A DNA stretch of 64,000 nt from Caecitellus pseudoparvulus. Lineage: Eukaryota > Protista > Bigyra: Bicosoecida. The first letter of the stretch is position 1. Every line of letters begins with the position of its first letter. The stretch lies in assembly GCA_965644315.1 (NCBI GenBank), contig CBFFRQ010000052.1, positions 62,001 through 126,000 on the forward strand. The letters run 5' to 3'. Shown here piece by piece: positions 1 through 12,800 of the stretch. The notes beneath the pieces are model-generated. The model was not told where the DNA came from. It worked only from the letters and a program-made list of their open reading frames with translations, and ran no database searches. The position numbers and the translations under genes are program-made.

Positions 1-3000
1 GTCCCGTACCGAAAACGACAAGCAGGAGAAATGGTGTGGTAGCCATGTTCAGCGCGAACTCAACGTAAAAGTCACTGTTCCAGATGCACCGGACTGACGA
101 CGTCGGCGACAAGAAACCACCACCACTCAGCGAGTTGGAGAAGTTGAAGATGCGCCGGAACAGCGCGGTGCCCTGCGCTCGCAGGAGGGACAGAAGGCCC
201 ATCATCTGCAAGTGGTTCAGCAGCATTCGCAGGACGATCGAGGCATCATCGCGCTCTGAGAATGACTGTGACATGGAGAAGTAGATGACACCTCCAACAA
301 CCAAGCAAACGACAAGAATAAGCACCGTGTAATTTAAGGCCGCGTCCAAGCACTGCAAACACAATGAGGCACCTGTGTTCAAGTACCCTTGCTCGCAATC
401 ACCGCACATGACACCTGTATGGCCTGGTGCACACTGCACTTGCAGACCGTCGCTTGTCTGGCATGCAGCGGGGTTGATGCAAGGCACGACTTGAGTCCCT
501 GCGGGAAGTTCTGAGCTGCGCACATCTGCAACGAGCTGGGACGCCGTGCCATTCACAACCAGAGATCCGGGTGCGTGATCCAGAATGAAGTAATACCCAG
601 GCTGCAATCGTACGGTTCCGCTTGCACACGTTGCACCCTGCTGCTGACTGTCCACAGGGCATCGGGAGCAGCTAGAAGACGCATTCTGAATGACATAGAA
701 GCCATCCGCACAAGTCTCGCAGGCAGCAAGGCCCGCCGAATCCGCGATTTGGGGCGCTCGGCAGGGCACGCAGGCTGATCCGCCTTCGGCAGGGGAGACG
801 AATCCAGGGGGGCAGTCCACACACTCTCTGCCTATCCGTGACACCCTTCCCGGAGGACAAATGACACAGCTGCCATCAGCAAACACTTCGTATCCTGGGT
901 TGCACTCCTGGACCACGAATGAGTGCTGCGAACCGGGGCTCGCCGGTAAGTCGCCAGCTTCGCTCTGGGTCGGCCGCAAGCGTAGAACCTCGTTCGAGCG
1001 GCCTTGTGCGGGGACCTGCCGCTGCAAGCTGGCCAGCCACACATTGCCACCACCAACACCTTGGAACTCCCCAGGTGGGCTGGGCAGCATGTCTGCGCCT
1101 GCCGTAATGTTGGGCGCACTTTGCCATGCAGACAATGCCCGTGCTGCAGTCACACTGGAGGCTGGAACTTGAGCCAGCACGAATCGGCTCCCCATCAAGG
1201 CTGATGCGTTGGCTGCTGCCTGCTCTAGCGTCACAGCGGGAAAGACAGGGCAGGCAACTGATCCTCCGCCAGGAACTCGCGCAGGCCAGCCATATGCATC
1301 CAAGGCAACAATGAACACCTCGTCGATTGGGACAAACGCCTGCAGAGCATTGCCCGCGTCTTGCCTGGCAAACACAGCTGCGCTTACGGGGGCTGTCCCA
1401 ACGGCCTCATGCACCGACTGTATGTAACTGCCGCCCCCCAACTGGCCATTGGCTTGCAGGTAGCAACCATCGCTGTCGTCCAAGGCACCTGAGAAAGCTT
1501 CACCAAAGAATGGGCATGGTTGCCCGGCTGTCCCAGGTAGGCCTCCTGCTGTACTGTGCTTGCTCTGGCCTTCCGCCTCGCAATCAGTGCAGAAGGTGTT
1601 GCAGGCAATGCCCACAGGCTCAGCGTGAACCCACCACACAGCCCCTTTCCAGCTTGCACCGTGAGATGTGGAGTTCCCCTCTACGGCAAAAACATTGCCC
1701 TGAACTCGGGCGAGAAAGCGCCTGAGAAGGGCGTGGTCGCTTATGCGGCCATCTCGCTGGGCTGCTTCTGCTGTTGCTTGCAGTGCAGCTCCACCGTGCC
1801 CGTGCCGAAGTGCCTGGGATGCCACAGCGCACGACTCCGTCGCCGCAATGACCAGTTCTCCACCAGGAGACCCCGCAGCGCACTGCCAAGCACTCACGCC
1901 TGCGCAGTCTTGCAGATCATGCACCACGCTGACGCCCGCGGCGTCATTCCCGTGAAACAAACACGCAGTGATGTCCACAGGAGAACCCAAGGCAACAAGC
2001 GGCGCATCAGGCCACCTTGGCGCTATGCGAGAACGAATAGAACCCGCCAGCATGATCGATGTGAGAGCATGACTGCCGCTCGGTGAGAAACCTACCTCAA
2101 TGCCTCCGCCAGCCAGCTCGTGCAGTGTCTCGGCTGTGCACGGCCTGCTCGGATTTGGAATGAGCCAGTTGTTCTTCACGGTACACGAACGGAGATGCAC
2201 GAATGCATCATAAGCAGCGAGGCCGCCTCCCCGGCTCGCCGAATTGCGCTGCACCACCACTCCCAGCGCGGTCACATTGCTCGCGGCTGCTGCCCAAATC
2301 CCGCCACCTCGGAAAACAGCAGAGTTGTACTGAACCACGCCGGCTAAAGGGGGGGCGGTAAGAGACTCGGTTGGGTCCGTGCCTCCGAGCACCATGGCTG
2401 CCCCAAGACCCTCAGCAGCAAGGCCACCTCCGTACGCAGCTGTGTTCCCTTCCACGAGGCAGGAATCTGACAAGCGCACCTCTACCGAGCTATGCATGAA
2501 AGACGACTCGTACAGGCCGGTGGAGGGGACACCCGTATGCCGCACAAAGGCCGCGCCACCTTTGCCATCCACCGCAGTCACTGAGTTGCGCAAGAGTTCT
2601 GTCGCTCTGAGGGAAACGAAGCCAACCGGGCGGCCGCGATCGTCAACATCCGCTTCAACAAAGAGCCCGCCTCCAGAAACCGTTGCTGTACAATCAGAAA
2701 CTACGGAGCGCCTGAAGGTCACATTTGACGGACGCTGCGCGGACATGCCACCCCCAAGCATTGCCTGGCAAGAGTACACCCTGCTGTGCTCAACGCGCAG
2801 GTTCCCTTCCCGAAGGTGTACCCCTCCCCCTGCTTGGGAAGCACGGGAATGGGACACCTCACTGCCGTGTACAATCAGCACTGAGGTTGGGAGCGGCTGC
2901 TGCAAGAGGACAGCTCCACCGTCACCACCTGTCGCTTCGCAATGGTGCAGCAAGCTCGCTTCCAAGTGCAGGCTGCAGCCTGAGCAAAGCACGCACCCAC

Positions 3001-6000
3001 CAGAGGCAGCCCTTGAGTGCGACAGAGCAGATTCAGCAATGTGCACAGTTGAGTGAGAACTGGCGTGGATGAGACCTCCTTGATTTGCAAAGCCTGACTT
3101 GAAAGTCGAGTTCCTGACCAACAAGCTGGCATCGTCGGAAACCAGGACAGCCCCACCAAGTGCTGGTACGCTCAGACTACTTTCAGAGTGATCATACGTG
3201 GCAGTGCAGTTCTCCGCAGTTGTGGAAACCAAGCTTAGATGTGCGAAAGGCGCGATGAAGACAGCACCGCCACCATCACCGAACCGCCGGGGTCCCTTAT
3301 GAGACACTGCAAGGTCCTGGAATGTGCACCGCTGGCACAGAAGGTTGGTGGGGCGAGCAGCACTTGCTCCTGCCACGAAGATCCCAGCTCCACGTGAAGC
3401 GTTCAGGGACAAGAAGGAGCAGTCCTCCAGCACGCTGTCAAAGACAGGAAGCGAAGCATCCACGCCAACGACAGCCATGGCTCCTGCCCCATCAGCGCTG
3501 AATGAGCTGTTCTTGATCTCCACCTCCAAGCAGAGAGAGCAAGAGCTGTCCAAGAACAGCACAGCCGCCCCAACTCGACTGTCTTCAGACGAGGAGCCGA
3601 CGGAAGTCGACACGTCACTGCAGTTGAAAACGAGGTCCAAAAAGCGCACACGTGTCATGCGCAGGTCCGCTTGAACAGCTTGCAAGGCCCTTGCTCCCGG
3701 CCGACCCGTGCCCTTAAAGACCACGTCTTCCAGCACCAGAGTCGGTGGAGATTCGCTTGTGCCGTCGACTAACACGATCGGGGCACGGACAGTAGTGCCT
3801 TGGATACGGTCGGTGCAATTCACAAAGGACAGAAATCGAAGGGACCCACTTGTGGAAATGTGCAGTGCTGGTGCGGCCCTCTCTCCCCCACAGGACAGAA
3901 GCGTCGTTCCTCCAGCGTGCCCGGAAATTGTGAGCCCTTGCAGGGTGGACGGGATCTCCAGGGCAGACGGGCCAATTGCGTGCAACCCCGCGTCCAAAAG
4001 AATCGTATCGTTCGCCTGTGCCTGTGAAAGGGCATCCTCAAGAGATGCACATGGTGCTATCTGGGAGCCACAACAGCCCTGGGCACGAGTTGGGTGGGAT
4101 GCAGAGACATGGATGGTGTGAGCAACGGCACATTGGGCTTCAGACATGCGACCAAAGCCATCCACCAACATGCACGCTGCGTTCACATCATTTGGCGGGC
4201 AGCTCAGATCGGAAGTGCCAAGAAATCCGGTGTTGTTGTTCGCGCTGGGATCCAGCAAAGCCAGCCTGGACGAAGGTTGCCCGCTGCCTGGGACGCACAA
4301 AATACCTGCGGCGCGACACGGGCTAGAGTTGTCTCGCACAAGCACCTGCTGAAGCCTCGTGTCAGGGTGTGGGTCCACGAGGGCAACCCCACCCCCCCAA
4401 CTCTGGCGGGGTGCTCCCACCACCTGGTTTCCTTTGAAACTGCTGCCATTTAACCGCAAGGACGATGACCCTGCACTCAGTAAGCCACCTGCACAGGTAC
4501 TTGCTGTGTTGTTCTGTGACTGAAGGCCCTCCCCACTCTCAACAGAAGAACCTTGGTTCACCGCGATGCCTGCCCCAACGGCAGCAACGTTGCTGTGCAC
4601 GAAGAACGATCCGTGGTTGCGCAAGTAAGCACCATCGTGCACCAATGCCCCACCCCCCCAGCTGGCAATGTGAGTGTTTTTAGCAACCGTCATGTTCGCA
4701 TGCTGCATGATTTGCAGGCGGGTGCCAGCACCAGACAGAGCAAGCCCAGCACCCCCTTCAAAGATGCCGAAGGATGAGCCGTTCAAGGGACAGGCGACGA
4801 CCTGTTTGTGGCCTCTCGCAATGTGGTGTTCATGAATAGAAGTTTGGCTGCCGGCAGCGAGAGTCATCGTTGCTCCAGACTCAAGTGCCACCCCTGCTCC
4901 GAATCTGGGAGGAGACAAGCCAAGGAAGTTCCCACGCACTGCAAGCTCGCCAGGCACCTGAATGTCGGCCAAGCTACGGGCGAGTATACCCCCGCCTCTT
5001 GCCTGCGCGAAGTTCCCTTCCACCAACAACCCACGCACCACAACACGCGCGCTGTCCTCCGCTAGGAGCCCCGCTCCACCGCTGCCAGCTCCTGCCGCTT
5101 CGTTCTCCCTGAGTATAGTGCCTGCATCAACAGACAAGAAGGAATGCGACACCGCCAAGCCAGTTCCGTCGCCTTCAGCACACCAATTCCATGCGCTTGT
5201 GACATTGTGCAGGGCAGCCACAGCGCCTCCAGCAATGCTCATCCCGCCACCGCACACTGCGTCTCGCGAGGCCTCCTTGAACACCGAGTTTCCTACCAGC
5301 CTGGCATGCTGCAAGTCCAACTCACACCCAGAGCAGAGGATGCCTCCGCCATGTGAATCAATTGACGAAGACCTCAAAACGTTCAATGCTATCTCAGAGG
5401 GTCCCAGCAGTGAAAGGTTGCACTGCGCAGCTGCTATGCCTGCACCTCCGACGCCCACAGCAGTGTTGCTCCGCACACCTAGGCTTCCTTCAGATACAAA
5501 AGAAGCATTGTGTCCCGCAAACAGCCCTCCCCCCAGTCCCGCGGAAGCCTCATTGTCAGCGACGGTCATGTGGGAGCGATTGGACAGCACGAGCCCCGCA
5601 CTGCCGTCCAAGCCCGCGCAAAGGGCAGCCGAAGCACTGCCGACCGCTGTGATGTCCGCCTCGTCTGCCAAGCACAGACCCCCTCCATTTCCACGAAGTG
5701 CTGTGCAGTTCAAAATGGTGATTCCGGCCCCCGCAGTTGTGGAGAGCTTTGCCCCACTTGCAACCAGCACGCCCCCTCCCCCTTGCAGCCCGTTCGAGCT
5801 GCTCTCCGAAACATGTAGCACTCCGGAAACGGTTGCAGCAACGAAGCCTCGCTGGCGCACGCCCTTCACAGCATCAAGGAGCATTGCACCCCCGTCGCCG
5901 GCGGCAGTGCAATGCTTCAACGCCATGCGGCCAGAGACGACCAACTCCGAAGGTTCTGTGCAGGTGGAAGGAGCAAGTGCAATGCAGCCTCCACCTGCGG

Positions 6001-9000
6001 AACGTGTTTCAGCCGCAGATATGTCGAGGCCTCCAACGACTTCCATGGTCGCTCCTTGGATGAAGATGGCGCCCCCTTGCCCATCTCGACTGAATGAGTC
6101 CCGCACTGTGCTCTGCCCGTGAAACTCGACTCGCGCGCCACCGCCAGCCAGCATAAAGGCACCACTTCCAGGGACAGAGTTTGCCACCGAGTCCAGGTCT
6201 CGCAAGAACAGGGCCGCTGCTGAACCCGAGATGCTGAAGCCTGCGCCTTGAAGAGCTTTGTGGCCTGACAAGCGGACACCCTCCAAGTTTGCCTGGCTGT
6301 CCTGCAGGAACAAGAAGCCGCCTTCGTCAGCAGTGGACTCTCCATTTTCGCTGGAAATGTTCGAGGAGAACAGAGAAGAGCCGTCCCGAACGGAAAAGCA
6401 AGCACCTGCCTGATCTGAAAGTGTCTCGTTGAAGGACACGGAAAGCAGCGTGCAGTTTGAGTGGTCGTGCACTGCAACGGCTCCACCCTCGGCAGCCACG
6501 TTCGCGTGAAATGTGACATTTGTTCCGAACAAAGTGGAATGGTCTTGCATCAGCACAGCACCCCCCAAGCCCCCCAAGCCTCGTGTTGCTTCGTTCTCCA
6601 CAAAAGAGCAGTTCGACAAGCTCGCACGGGCGCCGCTTCGCAGCAGCATTGCACCTCCAAGCTGTGATCCACGGTGTCTCCGCAAAGAGGAGTCGCTGAG
6701 GAACACTGAAGCTTTGCTCGTGATGGCAAGGCCTGCCCCACCCGCAGTGGACGCGCCGACATTTCCGTCCAAGGCAACCCCGTGAAGGTGCGCTGCTGCC
6801 TCCCTTGTCACTTGCAGCCCAGCTCCATTCCCGGATCGAACAATATTGTGTCGGAACACCGAACTGTCGAAAGTTCCATTACACAGCTGTGATAAAGATA
6901 CTGCCCCAGCATCGGCAGTCATCGCCAAGTTATTCACAAACGAGCATCGGTCGCAGGTCACTGTGTACGAACGGTGGTTGCACGCCAGTGCACCGCCGCT
7001 GCCAGCCACAGCAACATTGCCTTCAAAGGAACAGTTGAAGAAGCGCACCTGGCCAGTTCGAGAAGCAATCGGGGTGGAAATAACCAATTTTGATCCGGTC
7101 CATTGTGCAGTCGCAGCTGCCAGCGGATCGCCTGTGCCGGCACTTGGCATGTAGTACAGCCCCTTGTTTATGGGGTCGTAGTCTTCCGTTTCTTTATCGC
7201 GGGGTGTCCCGATAAACACAGCACCACCGCCGGTGTTTGCTGTGTTGTTGATGAAGCGGCAGTCTTCAAATGTAGCTTGGCCCGCCATGACCACGATGGC
7301 TCCGCCATCCAGCGTCTTTGCCCGATTCCCCATGAACAAGCTTCGGCGTACCACAAGCGATGAAGGCAGCGCAGGGCCACGCGTAGCATCGATATTCAGA
7401 GTCTCTGAACTGATACCGACACCTGCGCAGCCGCCATTTTGCTGGTTACCCACCCATGCGCTGTCTTCGACCAACAGCGTACAGTTGTCAGCAAGTGAGA
7501 CCATGCAGGTGTCAGACCGCGGCTCCCCGATGAAGTTGTTCTCCATCGTGCAGTTACGCATCACAGCTTGAACAGAGCCCTGCAAAAATACCCCCCCAGC
7601 CAGCGCCGCTGTGTTGTCGGACAGGACCACATCCTGCATGCTGAGCTGTGAGCCAGACATGGCAGCTACGGGACCAGGACCCCTGTCCATGGTGTTGCGG
7701 GACATGATGGCTCCATGAAACGAAGCCCTGCAGGGCCGACTGATCGCAGGCTGCTGCTCGCGCTGATGCTTGGCCTCTGGTGTCGTGGTTGTGGTGAGGG
7801 ATCCGGCCACCAAGCAAGCCGCCCCTCGCTCGGCTGTGTTGCGGGCGCAGAACATGTTGGTAATGTTCAACGTTGCTGCTTTACAGTCCAAGGCTGACCC
7901 CCAGGTTGCGCTGTTTCCCAGAAATGCCACGTCGCGTAAGGTAGCTTCAGTACCATCCCGGGCAGCGATTCCAGCTGCGCTGTACCCTTGCAGCGTCAAG
8001 TACGAGTTCGCAGAATTCTGTACGAAAGCGGCACCGTTCACGTCCAGCGTCACCCCTGAAGCCATGACAGCAGGGGATTGACCCTTTTGGCCAAAGAACA
8101 GCACGTTCCGAAGCGAAATAGCTGCCTGGAACGCGCTTTGCCCAACCCTCCACCGGACATGCTGGGCGCAGGCAGGCGGCGGTCGCTTCCACAAGTCCTC
8201 CATGGCCATGCTCGCGTTCGACAGCACTTGTTCGTACCAGTCGCACACTACCGTGCTTGATCCACCCAGTTGAGCCGGCCTTGATTGGTCAAGCCTTGGA
8301 TCCCATGTCCTGGGCACATGGCCCTCGACACCAATGCAGTCGTACGGACCGGTGTACCGCTTTACGGACTCTTTCGCACTTCGGAACTCTTCCCCAGTAT
8401 TCAGCACTGAGCAAGTCTCATTGCACCCGTCGCAAGCCCCGGGAGGGTCAAGCAGACAGTTATCGCAGCCATCTGGGTCCACCAAGGACCGGTTCATGAA
8501 GGCAAGCGGGAGACGCGCGTCAGCATCCAGCTGAAAATCAGCGAAGCCGTCGGTGTTGTCAGCAGATATAGCTGCGGCTTGCGAGTCATAGTACGAGTAC
8601 TGAACGGTCCTTCCACCACTCTCTGCGGGGTAATTGCTTGTCAAGTCGGGTGTGGCTATGCCTACTTGCACCCCAATGTGGTCTTGCGCCCGCCTGACAG
8701 AGTTGCGCACGAAGGAGCAGTCGGCAATAGTAACGTTGCTGGGGCCGTACACGCTCAGTACAGCGCCAGAAAGCCGAGTCCACTCTGAGCCATCACTGCC
8801 ATTGGCAGTGTCCACGATGTCCCCAAAAGCTTCGAAGCCAGAAAACTCAATGCCTTGCAGCACGGTTGGCGGCGAGGGCCAAGTGGTGGTGTTGACCACA
8901 AGCTGCGCGCGCTGCACCTCCGTCCCGCTTGGTCCAGCCAAGACACAGCGAGGAATGGAGGCGTCTGGGATGGTGGACAGGCCCCGCAAGCTCTGCAGCG

Positions 9001-9494
9001 CGCCAGGATCCCAGAGAGTGCTGAAGTTGGACCTGGCGTCTGCGAGCGCTTGAGCAAAAGCAGCGTGCTGTTCGCAGACAAGCGAGAGGCCAGTGATGTC
9101 CACTTCATGACCAAGTCTGCGGGCGCATCGGCTTAGAAGTGTGCGTGGTGCTGACTGGTTAGAGCCTGGGCAGTACTCACACCGTAGTTCCGACCTGCAG
9201 CTGCAGAGTGTCTGCCCCCTCAGCTCGAGCCAGCTGGACGCCAGCGACCAGGCTTGGGCAAACAGGGTGTGTAGAGTTACAGGGCGCAGGTGGCGATACA
9301 GGGCCGCTCCCAACTGCAAGGAAGATGTCAGATGTTCCTGTTTGAGGTACAATGCAGTCCTGGCGCGCAGTTGCGCGGCGTGCGCTGCACTCACTGCGAA
9401 CCAGCGGCACACCATCCACGCCGCACCAGGCTCCACAACTGGCAAATGCTGCCCATGCCAGCCAAGGAGCCCACCGCCCTCTGCCGACGTTCAT
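1..9494 (-). CDS. Giant Pmp-like beta-helix / Cys-rich / multi-pass membrane protein, 3'-truncated by the window edge (>3100 aa); exon 1 9494-9181, intron 9180-9117, exon 2 9116 to <1
   Basis: Exon 1 (MNVGRGRWAPWLAWAAFASCGAWCG...) is signal-peptide-like and is followed by a GTGAGT...GCAG intron. I translated segments of exon 2 by hand (...VYGPSNVTIADCSFVRN..., ...GGGVALVDPHP...CCGSQIAPCASLEDAL..., ...NYTVLILVVCLVVGGVIYFSM...IVLRMLLNHLQMMGLLSLLRAQGTALFRRIF...). Both ends are in the same frame and the ORF track lists no minus ORF in that frame, consistent with no internal stop. Antisense shadow ORFs full of APP/PPP reflect GGA/GGG repeats. Confidence 0.88.
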
Positions 9495-9836
9495 GGAAAA
9501 TCTAAAGGAAATGAGTCGTCAGTGCGCCGAGCGTGCCCGGGCAACGCAAGCCAGTTGCCGCGAACGGAGGAGTGCACAGTGGGCGTTTCCCGTCGAATCT
9601 CAGGATAAAGCGGCCACGAGGACACGAGCACGCTCGGGGTCTTCCGCATGAAACTTGGCAAATTTTAGATGCAATACTCACTACACCAGCCTGCTGATAG
9701 CAACGTGATTGTGTGCATTTTGCTGGGCTGCCTCACCGGTACTCCCTGGGTGGGCACCAGGGGAACACACAGGGTGGTGGTGTACTTGCGGAAAACGGCG
9801 ACGAGGCACGCACAGCTTGGTCACGCATCAGCAGCC
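9495..9836. promoter_or_regulatory. Putative bidirectional promoter region (342 bp) between the two giant genes
   Basis: The ATGs at 9494 (-) and 9837 (+) diverge. An Inr-like ACTCATTTCC lies just upstream of the minus-strand ATG, and there is an AT-rich patch around 9650-9670. Confidence 0.5.
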
Positions 9837-12800
9837 ATGGTGCCCGTGCGGGCACTGATCTTCCTCGTGGCTCTTTGGATGGCAGATGTTAGAGCTCAGT
9901 GCATATCCCTATCAGGTACACCGCCGAATCGGCGCCGTTAATCGTTAGCGTCGCAGCCACGACCAACCTTTGCGAGCCTCGCAGTTTCCGCATCCGGTGG
10001 CGATGGAAGCTGCTCAGCCTGCTTGTGCGACAGCGTCACTGCAGCGTTTGCTGCCGTGTCAGCCGTCCCACCAACATCAGCAGTGGAGGTTGTCATCTCC
10101 GTGGAGGCTGGCACTTGGCTCATGGCTGAGCGGCAGCAAGTTGGCCGAGTCGCAGCTTTCGGCTCTGTGCAGACCTCTGTCGCGGTCGTCTGCCAAGACT
10201 TGCCCGGAGCGCAAGCTGCAGCTTTGTCCTGGACGTCTGAATCATTTACACCCCTCCCATGTGTGCTTACGTGCCCTCCGGGTGCAGGCGGCCCCGTATT
10301 TGTCCTGAATTCTCGGCTGGAAGGCATCCAGTTCAACGGCTGCCAAGCTGTGGACCCTGCCATCTCCCTGCAGGTGGACGGTGTGGGGAACGTAGCACTT
10401 CCCCCAGAGGCGCTGGGTGGTGCTGTGGGTGGTGGCATGCTCATCACCAAGGACAGGGATGTACACTTCAAGGACTGCGCCTTCACGTATTGCGGCGCAA
10501 CCCACACGGGAGGTGCGATCGCCCTTATCTCCGCCAGACTGCATTTGGAACATGTGTACATGCTAGGGAATGCAGCCGGAGTAGGCGGAGGTGCTGTCAT
10601 GGCGGTAGCAGAGGAAGTGCTGGTATCATCGCCGTTTGGAACCATCCCAGCTCTGCAACGTGTGCGAACTGAAGTGTCAGGAGCAGGCGTGCTGTGGGTG
10701 AACAATACCGCCTCAACGCCCCTAGCTGCGGGAGCTGGTGGGGCAGTGCTCTTACCACCTACCTCTGTGCCTGGCACCATGCACGCATGGGAGAACTTCA
10801 CCTTTGTTGGGAACCAGGCTGGCGCTGGGGGTGCAGTGTTATGCGACTCCTGTGGCGTTCTCCAGACCAGCGGCAGGGTAAATTTCCTCGGAAATAGGGC
10901 TGTTGTTTCCCACGTTGATGACTCTGGAGCAGGAGGCGGGCTCTTGTTGTCTGGAACTGGTATTCTCATGGCCTCCGAGTCCCTGTCCTTCGTTGGAAAC
11001 TCAGCAGTTGCTGCAGGGGGGGGGATGGCCGTGGTGGAGGGTGGAACGGTGCAAGCTGCGAGCGGCATCATTTTGCTAGACGGGAATCATGTGCTTCAGG
11101 GCGTCGGAGGCGGGCTTGCTGCTCTGGGGAGCACCGTGACGATATCATCACAGCTGAACAGTACGCGCAACCGCGCGAGGTTCCTTGGAGGCAGCATGTT
11201 TCTGGTCGACAGTGCGGTGGAACTGCTTGGGCCTGTGCGTTTTTCCCACAATGAGCAATCTGCCAGCCTCTCGGACCTTCCGCCCGCTGCCTTCGTTGCA
11301 GCGTCAGTTGCTGACCCGGCGGGCTGGGGGGGCGGCGCCATTGCAGCGCTTCAGAGCAACCTCACCTTTGGAAAGATCAGCTCCTTTGATAACGGTGCCA
11401 AGCAAGGGGGCTTCTTGCTGTGTCTGCAGTGCGTTGATGTCCTTGCGGAGTCAGGCGCGTACTTCTTCCAGGATAGGGCGACGGACCTAGGCGCTGAGCT
11501 GGCGCTGCTGGACACGCAGGGCACCTTCCGCATATCTCACTTCCACATGGTGGGGCACAATCGACTTTTTCACGAAGCTTCGGCATCTGCAGACCCGATC
11601 AACCTTGTTCAAGGTGGGCCGCCTTGTCTTGCATTTCACCCCAGCACAGGCCTGCCCAAGCCAGCTTGTGCTGAGAGCAATGACTTTGGTCGCGGGCCGT
11701 ACCAGATTCGCTATCAAGATGCGCTGTGGAAAAGTGACTTATTCCCTGTGACTCGTGAGGACTGGATCAGTTCAGGGAAGGACTTGTCTCGTGGAGTGTC
11801 TCGTATGGGGGGTGCCATCGCCGTGCTTGGTGGCGGCCCGAAGTCCGCTATTTCCTTGGACGGTGACCGCATTCGCGACAGTAGCTTCCCGGAACGGTAC
11901 ACGAGAAGGGTGTGTCGGGACAGTACTGTTTGCGGACACCCTCCACTCCCCGACGTCACCACAGCTGAGCCCCACCCCTGCACGTCAAGCATCAGTGGCT
12001 ACCGGGTGACAGGGCCCCTCTCAACAGACAGCGGCTTCGGCGGGTGTGTAGCCTTTGTTCAAGCCGCACATGTCGACCTTGGGTGCCTCTTGATTCAGTC
12101 GTGCCATGCGGCTGCTGGAGCTGTCGTCGCAGTCTTGGACAGCAAGGTGGGCAGCCGAAACGGCACGTGGGGGCGGGGCTTTGCGTCGACATCACTGCCC
12201 ACGCAACCTGGACCCATGGGTGGTGGAACGCTGTTAGTTGCCGGTCCCAACGCAGACGTGACGCTGAAAGGAACATCTTTCACTGGATCCCGGGCGATGA
12301 TTGGGAGAGCGTTCTCATGCTTCGGCGGTGCGAAGCTGAGCATTTCAGATGCGCTGCTCTTTGCTTCCAGCTGGAGCTTGTTCCGCGGGGCAGTGGAAAT
12401 CGGCAAGTATGCAGAACCCGGCCTTACAAGCCTCATGAAGTGGAGGTACTACGCTGGAAGTGAGACTGCTTCGCCATGGTTCTCGAACCTCATTCCAGAC
12501 GTCAGCGTGGATGGCATCCGGGGGGGTGAAAGCAGCAGCGTGTATGGCAGCGCTATTGCTGCAGGCACCGGACTTGTGGGCTTGGTCTGGAGCCCTCTGC
12601 TGAGCGACATTCTTGCTGGAGTCCCAGACCCCACATGCCACGCTGTTCTTGAGCGAGTCATCCAGGACGACTCGTACATGTCGGAAGGCATTGGAAATCT
12701 GATCGTCGGCAACGGCTCCTCCTTGACCATGAGAAACTGCGAAACCAGGGGTCAGAAAGCGGCAGTTGGTGCGGCTGTGCTGGTTCGGGGGGGACACCTT

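Noticed and set aside
84-9136. Numerous plus-strand ORFs (e.g. 4962-6122, 2379-3056)
   Set aside because: They are antisense shadows of the giant minus-strand gene; their APP/PPP runs are the reverse complement of its GGA/GGG motifs.
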